Part shown: positions 61,894-64,000 of the stretch, piece after piece
Layout of the letters: the number at the start of each line of letters is the position of its first letter
Numbering within the stretch: the stretch's first letter is position 1
NCBI GenBank assembly: GCA_964440275.1
Contig: CAYTRR010000010.1
Coordinates: 58,808 to 122,807, forward strand
Source: an uncultured Spirochaetales bacterium
GTDB lineage: Bacteria; Desulfobacterota_D; UBA1144
Direction of reading: 5' to 3'
Length of the DNA: 64,000 bases
Program-made: the position numbers and the translations under genes
Notes under the pieces: model-generated
What the model was told of the DNA's origin: nothing
Database searches by the model: none
What the model saw: the letters and a program-made list of their open reading frames with translations, nothing else

Positions 61894-62315
61894 ATTTTTT
61901 GTGCTAATTCAATCAGAACCCCATTCATACTTTTAGGATGAGCAAATGCTACTATAGTGTTATTTATGCCTTCCCTGGGTTTTTCATCAATCATTTCAAT
62001 TCCTTGAGATTGCAAGTGTTTAATTCCTTTTAAAATGTCTTCGACCAGATAGCAAACGTGATGCATTCCTTCTCCTCTTTTTTCTAAGAATTTAGTAATT
62101 GAAGAATCATCAACTACTGGTTCTAGTAATTCTATTGCAGTAGTTAGAGAGGCATTTTCTGGAACGAGCATAATTGCTCTTACTCCTTGGTCAACAGAAG
62201 TCTCATCGTGTTCAATTTTCAAACCAAGTGTATCTACATAAAGTTTAGCAGTTTTTTCAGCATCATATACCGCTATACCAATGTGATACATATTTACAGT
62301 TTTAAAGATATCCAT
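61890..62315 (-). CDS. Methylmalonyl-CoA epimerase (VOC/glyoxalase family)
   Basis: 141 aa VOC fold with MCE-like N-terminus (HIGIAV.D...LG). Confidence 0.65.
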   Translation of the reverse strand: MDIFKTVNMYHIGIAVYDAEKTAKLYVDTLGLKIEHDETSVDQGVRAIMLVPENASLTTAIELLEPVVDDSSITKFLEKRGEGMHHVCYLVEDILKGIKHLQSQGIEMIDEKPREGINNTIVAFAHPKSMNGVLIELAQKI

Positions 62316-62348
62316 GGCATATAAATTTAATATATAACTAAGGATTCA

Positions 62349-63758
62349 TCAAATTATTTTATATTTATCGATAGAGTTATCTTCGTTGATGACGATGTCC
62401 ATATTATTGATAACCTTGTTGGACTTGTTTAAATCAATTATAGAGTTCATGGTGCTAATATAATTAGAGTTTAAATTGATTTTGACCTTTGTTTTTTTTG
62501 AATGAGAAATTTGAACTATTTCTCTTATTACCTCGTAGCAAACAATCTCTTTCTTTGTTACCAAGCCAGAGCCAAAACAATGATTGCAGCTTTCGCTGAC
62601 GAGAGACGAAGTCCTAGTTCCAACTTTTTGTCTGGTCATTTCTATTATCCCAAATTTAGAAATTGGCAGAATCGTATGTTTTGATTTATCTTCTTGCATA
62701 GCACTTTTGAACGTGTTAAGTAATTTCTTTTTTTGACTACTTTTTTGTAGATCAATAAAATCTATTAGAACAATCCCATTTAAATTTCTAAGAATAATTT
62801 GTTTTGCTATTTCTTTTGCAGCAGCAACATTAACAGTAAAATTAGATTCTTTTTTTCTATTAAGGCTTCTGCCTGAATTTACATCAATTACAGTCAATCC
62901 CTCTTTTTCTTCTATAAGCAAGAAGGAACCATTCTTTAAGTTTAATTTTTTATGAAATATTTTTTCTATTTCCTTTTCTATACCGTGTTTCCTAAATATG
63001 TTGTCTTTTTTATTTGTTGTTTTTAATTTAATCACTGATTTATTCTTTTCTAATTTTTTCTTGAAATACGTATGGATTCTTCTTGAATCAAATTCAATTT
63101 CTTTAGTTTCACTGTTTAGAAATTCTCTTAAAATACTATCTAGAATATTATCCTCTTGATGTAAGATGCCAACCGACTTATTTTTTTTAAAAAGTTGCAT
63201 AATCATCTTCCATCTTTTTTTTGTTTTGGATATATCTTCTCTTATGTCTTTTAATGTTTCGTTCTCACATGATGTCCGTAAAATAATCCCAAGCCCTTTT
63301 GTAGCCATTTTTTTGAGAGACTTAAGCCTCTTTCGAGTTTTTTCATCACTGATTCTTTTGGAAATACCTAGAAAACCAGGCTTGCTTAACACCACACAAA
63401 ATTTTGATGGTAACGTTATAAAGTCTGATACCTTAGGTGCTTTCCTAGGATCATAATCACTAATTCCTTGAACCATTACAAAGTTATCTTGAACTATTTC
63501 ATAGACATGTAATTCATCAGCGCCTACTTCATCTTTTATGGGATTATTTTTTGATAGAAAGGCTGATTTACCAAAGCCAATATCAACGAATGAAGCTTCA
63601 ATGCCAGAGGCATTAGGATTCTTTTCCGCTTTATAGATATTTCCTCTTATTGAAATTTGTTCTCTGTTGTTGTCTATAAAGAAATTCCTTAACCGTGAAT
63701 TGTCAACAACCGCAACTCTTATTTCATCTAGAGTCTCACTAATAAGAATTTTTCTCAA
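62349..63758 (-). CDS. rng: Ribonuclease G/E family endoribonuclease
   Basis: S1 domain near the N-terminus and an RNase E/G catalytic core. 469 aa. Confidence 0.8.
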   Translation of the reverse strand: MRKILISETLDEIRVAVVDNSRLRNFFIDNNREQISIRGNIYKAEKNPNASGIEASFVDIGFGKSAFLSKNNPIKDEVGADELHVYEIVQDNFVMVQGISDYDPRKAPKVSDFITLPSKFCVVLSKPGFLGISKRISDEKTRKRLKSLKKMATKGLGIILRTSCENETLKDIREDISKTKKRWKMIMQLFKKNKSVGILHQEDNILDSILREFLNSETKEIEFDSRRIHTYFKKKLEKNKSVIKLKTTNKKDNIFRKHGIEKEIEKIFHKKLNLKNGSFLLIEEKEGLTVIDVNSGRSLNRKKESNFTVNVAAAKEIAKQIILRNLNGIVLIDFIDLQKSSQKKKLLNTFKSAMQEDKSKHTILPISKFGIIEMTRQKVGTRTSSLVSESCNHCFGSGLVTKKEIVCYEVIREIVQISHSKKTKVKINLNSNYISTMNSIIDLNKSNKVINNMDIVINEDNSIDKYKII

Positions 63759-64000
63759 TTATTTTTTCTAAGAAGATTAAATATTGTTTCAGCAACTTCT
63801 TCTGGTTCTAAAGCACCTTTTTTTAATCTATCCATTAATCCTTTGATCTTTTTCGTGTCTTTTATTTTTTCAAGTTCTGATTTGATTTTTCTATCTAAAA
63901 CCGAATCAATTTCAGCAATCTGTCTCTGCTTCTTCTTGTTTACCAAATTTCCATTATTACTTTCAAATTCTACAAATGATTCAATTTCTTCTACAAGTTC
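63755..64000 (-). CDS. Hypothetical protein, C-terminal part. The reading frame is open to the 3' edge of the window.
   Basis: The frame upstream of the ORF-track start continues without a stop to nt 64000 (...ELVEEIESFVEFESNNGNLVNKKKQRQ...). Confidence 0.3.
   Translation of the reverse strand, partial: ELVEEIESFVEFESNNGNLVNKKKQRQIAEIDSVLDRKIKSELEKIKDTKKIKGLMDRLKKGALEPEEVAETIFNLLRKNN

Overview
Low-GC (about 30% by eye), densely coded bacterial chromosomal window. Gene content suggests a marine bacterium of the FCB group (Bacteroidetes or Marinimicrobia-like): alternative complex III ActE/ActF-like genes, a DUF3276/PUR-alpha-like small protein, a GtrA/GT-C glycan module, and an incomplete PTS. 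Taxonomy is inference only. About 70 genes, almost all core metabolism. These include the tail of an ACIII operon, purM, a B12 acyl-CoA mutase with a CoA lyase and an acyl-CoA dehydrogenase, a sulfate assimilation cluster (cysH, PiT-type permease, sulfite reductase, cysDN), trhO, a SodC-like protein, grx, ferredoxin, lysA, exbBD, ddl, thiolase, ygfZ, trxB, a lipid-linked glycan module, one tRNA-Arg(TCG), ptsI-ptsH, bioBAF, a tyrosine recombinase, argBDF, uvrC, nth, glnA-glnB, two tandemly duplicated acyl-CoA synthetases, trpFBA, tatA, methylmalonyl-CoA epimerase and RNase G. No CRISPR array, rRNA, obvious prophage or defence-system architecture was recognised. The most unusual points are listed here. 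(1) A recent tandem duplication of an about 1.73 kb acyl-CoA synthetase gene. (2) A glycan-modification module containing an extended class II aldolase-like protein. (3) A mutase/lyase/dehydrogenase trio reminiscent of ethylmalonyl-CoA or methylaspartate-type C5-dicarboxylate metabolism. (4) A sulfate assimilation cluster with a PiT-family permease and no cysC or cysJ. (5) bioF with an about 125 aa C-terminal extension and no bioD. (6) A 49 aa membrane ORF translationally coupled to ActF that is missing from the ORF track. (7) A small Gly/Ala-rich protein in a GC-elevated patch. (8) A block of lineage-specific hypotheticals at 9.4-12.5 kb. Nothing here convincingly identifies an undescribed system. 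These are the places a second look is warranted.
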